A DNA stretch of 64,000 nucleotides. Source: Squalus acanthias (lineage: Eukaryota). Of this stretch, positions 1 through 11,782 are shown piece by piece. The notes below the pieces were generated by a model. It did not search any database and had not been told where the DNA came from. It was given only the letters and a program-made list of their open reading frames with translations. The stretch lies in assembly GCA_030390025.1 (NCBI GenBank), contig JASTWF010000070.1:682001-746000 (forward strand). The letters run 5' to 3'. The position numbers and the translations under genes are program-made. How positions within the stretch are numbered: position 1 is the stretch's first letter; each line of letters begins with the position of its first letter.

Positions 1-1355
1 GAGTCTATTATAAAGGATGTGATAAAAGGACACTTAGAAAATATCAATGGGATTAGACTAAGTCAACATGGATTTATGAAAGGGAAATCGTGTTTGACAA
101 ACCTACTGGAGATTTTTGAGGATGTAACTGGTAGAATAGATTAGGGAAAACCAGTGGATGTGGTGTATTTGGATTTTCAGAAGGCCTTTGATAAAGTCTC
201 ACATAAGAGCTAATGTGTGCAGAATTAAACCTCGTGGAACTGGGGGTAATATACTGGCATGGATAGAAAATTGGTTAACAGAGCGGAATCAGAGAGTAGG
301 AATAAATGGGTCTTTTTCGGCGAGGCAGGCAGTGACTAGTGGGGTACCACAGGGATCAGTGCTTGTGCTCCAGCTATTCACAATATATATCAATGATTTG
401 GATGAGGGAATCAAATGTAATATTTCCAATATGCTGACGACACGAAACTAGGTAGGATTGTGAGTTGTGATGAGCATGCAATGAGGCTTCAAGGCGATTT
501 AGACAAGTTGAGTGAGTGGGCAAATACATGGCAGATGCAGGTGGATAAATGTGAAGTTATCCACTTCGGTAGGAAAAACAGAAAGGCAGAGTATTATTTA
601 AATGGTGATAGATTGGGAAATGTTGATGTACAAAGGGACCTGGATGTCCTTGTACACCAGTCACTGAAAGCAAACATGCAGGTGCAGCAAGCAGTTCGAA
701 AGGGAAATGGTATGTTGGCCTTCATTGCAAGAGGATTTGAGTAAAGGAACAAGGATGTCTTACTACAGTTATACAGGGCCTTGGTGAGACCACACCTGGA
801 GTACTGTGTGCAGTTTTGGTCTCCTTGTCTAAGAGAGGATATTCTTGCCATAGAGGGAGTGCAGCGAAGGTTCACCAGACTGATTCCTGGGCTGGCAGGA
901 CTGTCGTATGAGAAGAGATTGGGTCGACTAGGCCTGTATTCACTAGAGTTTAGAAGAATGAGAGGGTATCTCATTGAAACGCATAAAATTCTGACAGGGC
1001 TTGACAGACTGGATGCAGGGAGGATGCTTCCCCTGGCTGGGGAGGTCTAGAACGAGGGGTCACAGTCTCAGGATACGGGGTAGGACATTCAGGACTGAGA
1101 TGAGGAGAAATTTCTTCACTCAGAGGGTGATGAACCTTTGGAATTCTCTACCACAGATAGCTGTGGAGGCCAAGTCACTGAATATACTTAAGAAGGAAGT
1201 AGATAGATTTCTAGACACAAAAGGCATCAAGGGGTATGGGGTGAGAGCGGAAATATGGTATTGAGATAGAGGATCAGCCATGATCATATTGAATGGCAGA
1301 GCAGGCTCGAGGGGCCGAATGGCCTACTCCTGCTCCTATTGTTCTATGTTCCTAT
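1..1355 (+). mobile_element. CR1-type LINE 3' fragment (degenerate reverse transcriptase and 3' tail)
   Basis: ORF fragments GVPQGSVL..QLFTIYINDLD, LEYCVQFWSP, RRNFFTQRV; stops and frameshifts; ctatgtt-type tail at about 1340. Confidence 0.9.
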
Positions 1356-1403
1356 TTTCTATGGCCAATAGCCAAGTCAGCGCATCTATTGACACCACTG
1401 TGT

Positions 1404-2340
1404 CATATCTACCTCACCATCACCTCTCTCGACCCATCTACTGTCTCTAAATTGTCACACTGCTTGTCCAATATCCAGCACTGGATGAGCAGAAATTTAC
1501 ACCAACTAAATATTGGGAAGACCGAAGCCATGGTCTTTGGTCCCCGGCACAAATACCGCTTCCTCGCCATGGACTCCATCCCGCTCCCTGGCAGAACCAG
1601 ACTGTTCAGAACCTTGTTGTTATACCTGACCCTGAGATGATCTTCGGACCACATATCTGCACCATAACTAAGACTGCCTATTTCCACCTCTGTAACATCG
1701 CCCATCACCAGCCTTGCCTCAGCTCATCTGTGGCTGAAACCCTCATCCGTGCCTTTGTGACCTCTAGACTTGAATATTCCAAAGCACTTCTGGCCGGCCT
1801 CCCACATTCCATCCTACTTCAACTTGAGGTCATCAGAAACTCGGCTGCCCTTGTCCTAATTCTAACCAATACCTGTTCAATGATCACCCCTGTGCTCGCT
1901 GAATTACATTGGCTCCCGTTTAGGCAACACCTCGATTTTAAATGTCTCATCCTTCTTTTCAAATTCATCCACGGCCTCACTATCCCTTTCTCTATAATTT
2001 CCTCCAGTCCCACAACCCTCCGAGATATCTGTGCTCCTCCAATTCTGGCCTATTGGACATCCCCAATTATAATCTCTCAACCATTGTCGGCTGTGCTTTC
2101 AGCTGCCTGGGCCCGAAGCTCTGGATATCCCTCCCTGAACCTCTCCAACTCCCTATCTTTCTCCCCTCCTCTAACACGCTCCTTAAAACCTACCTCTTTG
2201 ACCAACCTTTTGGTTATCTGCCCTAATATATCGTTAGTTCTTACGTGGCTTGGAGTAATTGTTTTCTGAAAACGCTCTTGTGAAGCACCTTGCGACATTT
2301 ACTACGTTAAAAGCGTTGTATCAATACCAGTTGTTGTTGG
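1404..2340 (+). mobile_element. L2-type LINE 3' fragment
   Basis: Translates as IQHWMSRNLHQLNIGKTEA, AFVTSRLEYS, ITPVLAELHWLP; ends in (GTT)n tail. Confidence 0.85.
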
Positions 2341-2545
2341 AGTTGCATCGGGACTTAAGACAGGACTCACAGGAAACAGACTATTTTACAGCAAGCAAAC
2401 TTTATTTGCTCATCAAACAAACCTTATTTGCTCAGCAAACAGAGTTTATTTAAGCAGCGCAGTATAGCTAACAGTCTGCAGAGTCTATTTAAAAAGAGTC
2501 TGTACGAACTACAGCAAATAGAATTCGTGACGCAAACTGCAGCAA

Positions 2546-2621
2546 CTCTCCCTCTCTCACTGTGTCTCTCTGACACTCTCTTTCTCTCTCTCTCTGTCTC
2601 TGTCTCTTTCTCTTTCTCTCT
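2546..2621. repeat. (CT)n-rich microsatellite
   Basis: Direct inspection. Confidence 0.85.
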
Positions 2622-3359
2622 GATAGCTCAGCAAACATGCGCAGGAAGTACAATGAGACATAGTTCACAATTTTGCTTTGATATTGTGATTCACACACAT
2701 CTAGGAACTTAATCATGATTCTAGAAACAAAAATTGGGGAATACGCATCATTCAATCAAGAATGTTCGTGACAACAAATTTTTCAATTAAATGCAAGCAA
2801 TGGTTACACACAAAACCATCATGAATTAAAAGAAAGGTGTGTTTCGATCATCAGGTAATGCTAAGCAGATCCATTGGATGTAAACCTCCCTTTACAACTG
2901 CCAGTGATGCTAACTAACACATTTCAGAAGAAAAGGTCTCTGGAAATTTCTCCTCAACTCCCTTACACAAGCAAGCTCCAGCAGCACATGGTTACCAACA
3001 ATCCAGTCATACTTAAAATACTTTCGACTGACTGCAATGTGTCATTACTGGATATTTCTTAAATAGTGGAATAGAATAGATTTCTGCAACACTTTCTATT
3101 GTACAAGGTGTAGGTTCTCTTTAAACACACGCGTACAGATACCGGTATGCATTCATTTATTGTGGATTGCATTTTAATCACAAGAACAATTTTTAGAAAA
3201 CTTCTCCCAGGTATCATCGGAGGGGTTCAGGCCTTCCCAAATATGGCCGGGTGTTGGTCGGTTCAGTGGTGGATTTTCTTTCCTCAAATGGCCTTGTGGT
3301 TGATATCTCTGTTTGGAGAGTGTGCAATTCAGCAGTTACAGAATATAACTACCTCTCCT

Positions 3360-3705
3360 GCTCGCGTCTGAGTCAGAAGTTAGTGGGTTCAAGTCCCACT
3401 CCACAGCACATAATCCAGGCTGATAACCCAGTGCCGGTACTGAGGGAGCGCCGCACTGTCGGAGGTGCCGCCTTTCGGATGAGACGTTAAGCCGAGGCCC
3501 GATCTGCCCTCTCAGGTGGACGTAAAAGATCCCACGGCCACTATTTCGAAGAAGAGCTGGGGTTCACCTGTTAAAATTTATCCCTCAACCAACATCACTA
3601 AAACAGATTATCTGGAAACCATAACGTTGCTGTTTGTGGGAGCTTGCTGTGCGCAATATGGCTGCAACGCTTCCTATATTACAACAGTGACGACACTTTA
3701 AAAGT
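3360..3705 (+). mobile_element. tRNA-derived Deu-domain-type SINE (SacSINE1-like)
   Basis: B-box-like gggttcaagtccc head; gtaaaagatccc..gaagaagagc..tatccctcaaccaacatcac core shared with copies at 6350, 16560, 37495. Confidence 0.75.
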
Positions 3706-4261
3706 ACAGCCTTGTCTCTAAACGTTTTGGCACATCCTGAAATCTGGTCTGGGAGTTGGACCCACAAATTTCCAAGTAAAGAGGCGAGAGTGCTAACAAC
3801 TGCACCACTGCTAGCACCTGAACATGCAGTGGTTTACTTATCCCACTTCAGTGTGAATCACGACTGTACTCTGGGGAAGAACATGGTTTCCCAACCTTTT
3901 ATTTCAGAAATATAACGGGCGTGAACAAAACCTCTCAAGAAATAAGCAAAATTAATATCACGTTAATCAATCAGTCCCGTTTACTTAATTAGTCTAAGGT
4001 AAGTTGATCAGAATGCACAGTACTCCGAATGGTGGGCCCTGGTTTTAATAAACACTGAATGGAAACTCGCGACACCGCGCCCCTAGCGGCCAACATAAAT
4101 ATCTACTAAAATCAAGAAATGCTTTGAGGGACCTGATGGCCAATTAGGATGTCGGATGTTTGGACACATATTTATCATATCCAGCATCTCGCTGGGATAA
4201 ATTCTCTTCTCATTCCTAAAAATCATGACAGAATCTAATTACAAAATAACAATTCATAAAT

Positions 4262-4725
4262 TCCAGTGATGAGGGACTTCAGTTACATGGATGAACTGGA
4301 GAAGCTGGGCTTGTTCTCCTTAGAGCAGAGAAGGTTGAGAGGAGATTTGATAGAGCTGTTCAAAATCGTGAGGGGTCTAGACAGAGTAGATAGAGAGAAA
4401 CTGTTCCCATTGGCAGAAGGGCCGAGAACCAGAGAACACGGATTGAAGGTGATTGGCAAAAACAGAGGCGACATGAGGAAAAACCTCTTTACGCAGCGAG
4501 TGGTTAGGATCTGGAATGCACTGCCTGAAAGGGTGGTGGAGGCAGACCCAATCGTGGCTTTCAAAGGGGAATTGGAAAAGTATCTGAAGGAAAGAAATTT
4601 GCAGTTCTATGGGGAAAGGGCGCGGGGAGTGGGACTAGCAGAAGTGCTCTTGTGGAGAGCCGGCACGGGCTCGACGGGCCGAATGGCCACCTTCTGTGCT
4701 GTAACTATTCTATGATTCTGTGATT
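4262..4725 (+). mobile_element. CR1-type LINE 3' end
   Basis: LFSLEQRRLRGDLIE, FTQRVVRIWNALP. Confidence 0.85.
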
Positions 4726-4984
4726 TTAAACTTCTAGTGCATTGTTCTATTTTAGGAAAACTTTTTTAAATTTGCTTGCGGGAAATTTCCAACAAACTTG
4801 TCACTAACTTGCTACAGTGGCATCAGTCAAGGCAGAAAGTGCAGAAAAAAGCGACACCAGAAAGTCCTCGTTGTTTCAAGTTAGTTGCTCACCGCCATCG
4901 TACTGATACACTGGATTATCTTTAGAATACGCTAAACGGTGTTTCAAAAAGCAATACATTCTACGTAAATCCTGGCGAGTGCAC

Positions 4985-6335
4985 AGAGATAGGAACATAG
5001 GAACAGGACGAGGCCATTCAGCTCCTCCAGCCTGTTCCGCCATTCAATGAGATCACGGCTGATCTGTATCTTAACTCCATCTGACCACTCTGGTTCCGTA
5101 ACCCTTAATACCCTTACCCAACAAAAATCTATCAATCTCAGAGTTGAAATTATCAATTGAGCCCCAACCTCAAGGCTTTTGCGGGGAGAGAGTTCCAGAT
5201 TTCCACTGCACTTTGTGTGAAGAAGTGCCTCCTGCCATCACCCCTGAACGGTCTGTCTCTAATTTTAAGGTCAGGATCCTGTTCTGAACTCCCCCCCACC
5301 AGAGGAAATAATTTTTCTCTATCCAAAGGAGAGCCATCTGAGTCAGACAGTGGTTGGATCAAGTTTCGCTCCACAGACTTGAGCACAAAAATCTTGGCTG
5401 ACAATCCCAGTGCAGTATTGAGGGAGCGCTGCTCTGTCAGATCTGCCGACTTTCAGATCAACTACTAAACTGTGCACAATTTTGGTCTCCTCTGCTAAGT
5501 TTTGGTCTCTTTGTCTAAGGAAAGATATACTGGCCTTGGAGGCGGTGCAACGAAGGTTCACTAGATTGATTCCTGGGATGAGAGGGCTGTCCTATGATGA
5601 GAGATTGTGTAGAATGGGCCTATACCCTCTGGAGTTTAGATGAATGAGAGGGGATCTCATTGAAATATACAAGATTCTGAAGGAGATTGACAGGGTAGAT
5701 GCTGAGAGTTTCCCCTGGCTAGAGTGTTAAGAACTAGGGGGCATAGTCTCAGGATAAGGGGTCGGCCATTTAAGACCGAGATGAGGAGGAATTTCTTCAC
5801 TCAGAGGGTTATGAATCTTTGGAATTCTCTACCCCAGAGGACTGTGGATGATCAGTCTTTGAGTATATTCAAGGCTGAGATAGATATATTTTTGGACTCT
5901 AGGGGAATCAAAGGATATGGAGGAGGGCGGGAAAGTGGAGTTGAGGTCGATGATCAGACATGATCTTATTGAATGGAGGAGCAGGCTCGAGGGGCCGTAT
6001 GGCCGACTCCTGCTCTTATTTCTTATGTTCTTATGAGGCCCAGGAGGAGGCCAATCAATGAGATCACGGCTGATCTGTACCTTGACTCCATTTACCCGCC
6101 CTGGTTCCTTAAACCTTAATACCCTTACCCAATAAAAATCTATCAATCTCAGTTTTGAAATTTTCAATTGACCCCCCAGCCTCAACGCTTTTTGGGAGAG
6201 AGAGTTCCAGATTTCCAATGCCCATTGTGTGAAGAACTGCTTCCTGATATCACCCCTGAACGGCCTGGCTCTAATTTTAAGTTTATGCCCCCTTGTTCTG
6301 GACTCCTCCCACCAGAGAAATGTTTTTCTCTCTAT
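4985..6335. mobile_element. Nested CR1 3' fragments (-, +, -) with a SINE fragment
   Basis: CR1 C-terminal motifs on both strands (FFTQSAVEIWNSLP on -, RRNFFTQRVMNLWNSLP on +); SINE piece at about 5335-5460. Confidence 0.8.
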
Positions 6336-6349
6336 TTAAAGGAGAGACA

Positions 6350-6812
6350 GCTGTGGCCGAGTTGGTAGCACCTTCTACTTTGAGTCAGAAGTTTGTGTGT
6401 TCAAGTCTGATTCTAGAGACTTGAGCACAAAAATCTAGGCCGACGCTCCCAGTGCAGTATTGAGGGAGTGCTGCACTGTCAGAGCTGCCGTCTTTCAGAT
6501 GAGGCATTAAACTGAGGGCGTGTCTGCCCTCTCAGGTTGAAGTAAAAGATGCAATGGCAATATTTCAAGGAAACGCAGGGGAGTTCACCCTGGAGTCCTG
6601 GCCAATAGTTATCCATCAAACAGCATCACTAGAAAACAGATGATCTGGTCATTATCACATTGGTCTTCGTGGGAGCTTGCTGTGTGCAAATTTTGCTGCT
6701 GCGTTTCCTACACTACATCAGTGACCACACCTCAGAAAGTACTTCATTGGCTGTAAAGCGCGTTGGGACGTCCGGTGGTGGTGAAAGGCGCTATAGAAAT
6801 GCAAGTCTGTCT
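6350..6812 (+). mobile_element. Deu-domain-type SINE, near full length
   Basis: tRNA-like head, core, and L2-like tail aaagcgcgttgggacgtcc..gaaaggcgctatagaaatgcaag. Confidence 0.8.
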
Positions 6813-7191
6813 ATTTTCTATCAACTTTAATCATCTTAAGCTCCTCAGTTTGAGATAGTTTAGGTGTTTGTTGAGAGTCTCTGTGGCTTTACATTGCAAG
6901 TTAAATTACAGTTTCCGCCTGCTGTGGATTCTTTCGTAAATCTGATAGAACCCATTCGAGTTCGAGTCTCTTCCCCGCCTTCTTTTTTGATGACATTTTC
7001 AATGCAACAAAATCCAACGATGTGTCGAGTCTGGTCACGCGGGCCGCCCCGAGCCTGGAAAACATTTTAAAATAGGGAAATATATTGATATTTAAATCAT
7101 GTTTATATCAGCTTACTCGTTCTCCATAAGACACGGGACTGGCTTCCTGTTTATAGGCAACAGTAGACGGATATTACTCATAAATAATCTC

Positions 7192-7364
7192 GATGCGGAG
7201 ATGCCGGTGTTGGACTGGGGTGGACAAAAGTGAGAAGTCGCACAACACCAGGCTATAGTCCAACAGTTTTATTTGAAATCACCTGACGAAGGGGCAGCAG
7301 CTCCGAAAGCTTGTGATTTCACATAAAACTGTTGGACTATAACCTGGTGTTGTGCGACTTCTCA
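7192..7364 (+). mobile_element. Penelope-like short element: inverted repeat with a minimal hammerhead ribozyme core and 12-bp target-site duplication
   Basis: Arms 7231-7282 and 7313-7364; core CTGACGA..GGGGC-agca-GCTCC-GAAA-GCTT; ATAAATAATCTC at 7180-7191 and 7365-7376. Confidence 0.8.
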
Positions 7365-7699
7365 ATAAATAATCTCAAATTAGAAACCAACAAGATTATT
7401 TTTTAAATCAAAGTATCCATTCAGACAACTGCACAGTTTGATTGGTTGACACGTCGAACCAATCCAATCAGCCGTTTCGTCATGCGCCATCTGCTAGGAG
7501 AAGTGTTTCCAGCGTCAATGGGCATAGTTCCGAATAATGGCCCCAGGTCATTGTTTTCAGAGTATGGAAACCGCTGCTATGGCGCCCCTACCGGTAAGCG
7601 AAGAGTCTGCCTGGGACCTCAATGAAAAAGCTGTTTGCCTGTTTGGAGGGCCAAGCTCGCTGCTTAGTGGTGTAGACAGATTGCAGCAGCGTCTCGTTT

Positions 7700-8300
7700 T
7701 AGCACACAGAAAAGTACAGATACAAAAACACAGACACACAAACACATACACACTTACATAAACACAAACACATGCACACACTTACATACACACATACACA
7801 CAAACACATACACACAAATACATACACACATAAATATACGCCGAGAAGAACAAGGGCACCAGGCGCATGGAAACACTACCACCTTCAAGTTCCCCTCCAA
7901 GTCACGCATCATCCTGACTTGGAAATATATCTACCGTTCCTTCATCGTCGTTGGGTCAAAATCCTGGAACTCCCTCCCAAACAGCACTGTGGGAGCACCT
8001 TCACTACACGGGACAGCCACGGTTCAAGAAGGCGGCTCACCACCACCCTCTCAAGGGCAACTGAGGATGGACAATAAATGCTGGCCTTGCCAGCGATGCC
8101 CACATCCCGTGAATAAAGAGAAATACATTCACACACACACATTATCACACACATATACACATTGGCACATATACACACACACATACACACACACAGACAC
8201 ACACACACAGACACACATAGACGCACACACACACACAGACACGCACAAATAAAAACACAGACTCACCCACATATAAACACAGACATACACACGCACATCA
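7700..8300. repeat. (CA)n-rich satellite interrupted by a non-LTR retroelement 3' end (about 7840-8120)
   Basis: Direct inspection; insert is the same family as 11020-11430. Confidence 0.8.
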
Positions 8301-9559
8301 ATGCATTTTTAAGTCTTGTATATCGACTTAGCATGGAGGCCATTTAGCAACACAGTTTGAGTTATCTTCACAATTATCCAGGAATTTCGTCGCATTTCTG
8401 CATCTCTATCATAATTCCTGTGGCCAAAGTATTAAAATCAGTCACCCCACCAGGGCGGGAGTGGGGGGCGACCTCGACTCCCTGTAGAAATAATAAATCT
8501 GTGTATCTGAAATATAAACTAAAACTGCTGGAATGACACTGCGGATGAATATCTGTCGAGGGCATTATGCCCGAAACATTAACTGATCATTCCTGTCAGT
8601 AGATAGCACTGCGGTTGATGGATTCGCTCTATTTACATTCCGCGCGATAATGGGGATTGGATGGAAATTAATATGACGTAGATGCGGTCTGCTCTCTGTT
8701 CACGGGGCGAAACATTCCTTTGAAGCTAAAACTGTACGCGATCAAAATATGAAACAAGCATTAATTCTGGTAAATCCTTGATCATGTGCCATAAATATTG
8801 AGAATAGAATTGTGGGGTGGTCTTTGAATCAATCTTAAAAGAATGTGGAAAATATAAAAAATATACCATTGAAATCGGAGTTGGGGGTTGACTGGTTTTG
8901 GCACAGTGTTAAATACAGTGTGACTGTTACTGATGAAAAATGATTCAGTTACTTACTTTTCCTTGTGGGTCTCTTGACTCGTTCTTCTGAAACAATTAAC
9001 TGTAATTCGCATTGAAAGCTGCGAGAAGGGAATCACATTAAACAAACATTTATTAAAATAGTCCCGATCAACATCAATTCTCTCCTGATCTGCCGCTGTT
9101 ATGATTCCAAAATGGAAATGAGGATCAATACTCGAACCAGGATCATCGAGACAGTTATTGCAATGGGAAAGGTCGGATGCACCACCCTACAGAGAGAAAC
9201 ACTTAGAAAATGCTGCTGGGTCAAGACATTATTTTCTGGGGTTCTCTGATGAGAAACTTGACCCAGTCACAATGGAGGAGCATCAAACCCGGGGTGTGAA
9301 AGGAGAAACCAGCCATTGCGATTAATATTGGACGAGTAAAAACACATAATGGAATAAATTGCGCTATGTTTGGTGTTTGGGACAAGTTGAAAGACAGGAC
9401 TCAACAAATATAATTCAGCCAAGAGATGCACTTACAGCGGAGAGTTACTATCAACAGTATATTACGCGTAAACTGCTAGGCTCTATGTAAACACCCTGAC
9501 AAAATTGTGTTTCAAAAATTAACAAATGAAGTAATTAGCATTAACATGTCAGACTTAGA

Positions 9560-9800
9560 CGTCTCTCTCTATCTAGCTGTCTCCTTACCTATCTATCTAT
9601 CTTTATCTTTCTATCTCTAACTCTATATATATATCACCATCTCTATCTCTGTCTCTAACTCAATCTCTATCTCCATCTTCATCTCTGTCTTTATATCTGT
9701 CTCAATCTCAATCGCTATCTCCAGGCATTTATCTCCATCTATCTCTATCTCTATATCTCGCAATCTTCATGATCTCTGTCTCCATCTCTATCGCTGGATC
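9560..9800. repeat. Degenerate (TATC/TC)n low-complexity tract
   Basis: Direct inspection. Confidence 0.75.
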
Positions 9801-10084
9801 TAACCTCGAAGAGTTTGCAATAACTCAGTCTTTGTGAAGCCTCATAAACAGAGCGTGACGTTGCAGCCAATTGGTGATCTCAACAATACAAACTGATTCA
9901 AATGAAAATAGCTCTCTTGAGCAAACTGAGCGGGGTTATAGTTTTACAACAGGAAAATTAAAGAAAGCGGGTGTAGTTGGGCCTCCTCCCATGCCAGTAG
10001 TCCCACACTATCAATCAAGTCGAAGCATTTCCGAGCATTAACTCATTTCTCATCAGAAAATCAGTAAACTTATTTTCTATGACA

Positions 10085-10370
10085 AACTTAAAATTAAGAA
10101 ATCCAACTGGGAATTCAGGAGAAATTTCTTTACCGAGAGAGTGGTGAAAAGGTGGAACTCGCTACCACAGGGAGTGGTTGAGGCGAATAGTATAGATGGA
10201 TTTAAGAGGAAGCTAGATAAACACATGAGGGAGAAAGGAATAAAAGAACATGCTGATGGGGTGAGATGGAGAGGGAGTGGGAGGAGGCTGGTGAGGAGCA
10301 TAAAAACCGGCACGGACAAGTTGGGCCGAATGGACTGTGTCTGTGCTGCACATTCTGTGTAATTCTATGA
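10085..10370 (+). mobile_element. CR1 3' end fragment
   Basis: RWNSLPQGVVEANSIDGFKRKLDKHM. Confidence 0.8.
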
Positions 10371-11019
10371 AAGGCGCCTATGGAACCTATGTCAACTTTT
10401 GCCATCTTCAGAAGAATGAAGCGGTATGGAAACTGGCAGATAAGAGAAAGTTACATCAATTTTAATTTTAGGATGAATTACTGGTAGAACTGGTTTTGAG
10501 TTGAGCAGGCCATTTAGTACCTTACTGAATTTCTGAACAGTGATGCAGAAATGCCTGACCTCAACTGACAAAGAAGCGAGTCTGAGCTTGAAGCAGCTCG
10601 TTGGCAGCGAAGAGGCGCTTTGGTTGTGACCGCGCCTATTGCTCTGAATACCACAGATCACGCTGCTCGGGCCGCTTGCGAAGAGATGTGCAAAGTGCAG
10701 CGAGTTGTGCAAACGGCTGGCCGAGATTGTGACTTGAGCTGGAAAATAATGGCCGAGCTAGAAGCTCTCTTTGGTTTTCCTGTTTCTGCAGATTAGCCGC
10801 CCACACACAGAAAGGTCAAACAGTGAGGCACTATGTTCAACCGCACACAGAAGACAGTTGTCACTCAGGGCAGATTCAACTGAACACAGAGCAGACTCGA
10901 GTACATTGACCACATTTACAGCCTCCCCTTCCATGTGACACCGCGTCCTGTTTATCTGCATTGCCCAGTGTTTGCACAGGAGTAATTGATCCTATTCTGA
11001 CCCTCAATATCATTCATTA

Positions 11020-11430
11020 AATATCCACTCCCTCCACCACCGGCGCACCGTGGCTGCAGTGTGTACTTTCTCCATACAAGATGCACTGCAGCAACTCACC
11101 AAGGCTTCTCCGACAGCAACTCCCAAACCCGCGACCTCTACCGCCTAGAAGGACAAGAACAGCAGGCGCATGGTAACACCATCACCTTCAATTTCCCCGC
11201 TCCAGGTCACACACACCATCCTGACTTGGACAAATATCGGCCGTTCCTTCATCGTCGCTGAGTCAAAATCCTGGAACTCCCTCCGTAACAGCACTGTGGG
11301 AGCAGCTTCACCTCACGGACTGCAGCGATTCAAGTAGGAAGTCCATCACCACATTCTCAAGGGCAACTAGGGATGGGCAATAAATGCCGACCTTGCCAGC
11401 GCCGCCTACAGCCAGTGAATGAATTAAATA
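11020..11430 (+). mobile_element. Non-LTR retrotransposon 3' end
   Basis: Shares aaatcctggaactccctcc..ctcaagggcaac..aataaatgc with the copy at about 7840-8120. Confidence 0.7.
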
Positions 11431-11782
11431 CATTCTCAACTTTAACTGCCAAATTTAAAATTCAGAACAATGAAAAAAGGAACACATCCATACAATAACC
11501 TTTCTGTCACCCTCTCCGAACTATAATCGAAAGCTCTTTATAGCCACTCTGCTTTTTGCATTAGACTGACCGCTATGACGCACAGACGCTGCCCACATGT
11601 AAAATGCACCAGGCGTGGGATCCAACAAGATGCTGCATCTAAAGGCTTAGCGCTGAATAGTTTCCACCGTATCTGAAGGGGGTGTAACCAACAGTGTGTG
11701 CGCTCGGGTCACTCGGGGCCCACTCCGAATGCAGAATGTTGAGAGCGAGCACGGGAATAACTGAGCGCGGTCCGGCCTCAAG

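Larger units (their letters stand above)
6850..10900 (-). pseudogene. Decayed partial paralog of the VJ-C1 receptor genes (no V or C1 exon found)
   Basis: Reverse complement matches gene A last exon (about 6850-7050; acceptor CAG>CGG, ITIM codons lost), cytoplasmic exon (8957-8986) and TM exon (9085-9186; frameshift, TAA, donor GT>GA). 10560-10900 matches gene B leader and promoter with ATG>ACG. Confidence 0.8.

Noticed and set aside
7430-7500. CCAAT-box cluster as a promoter
   Set aside because: No credible downstream gene identified; lies inside the pseudogene interval
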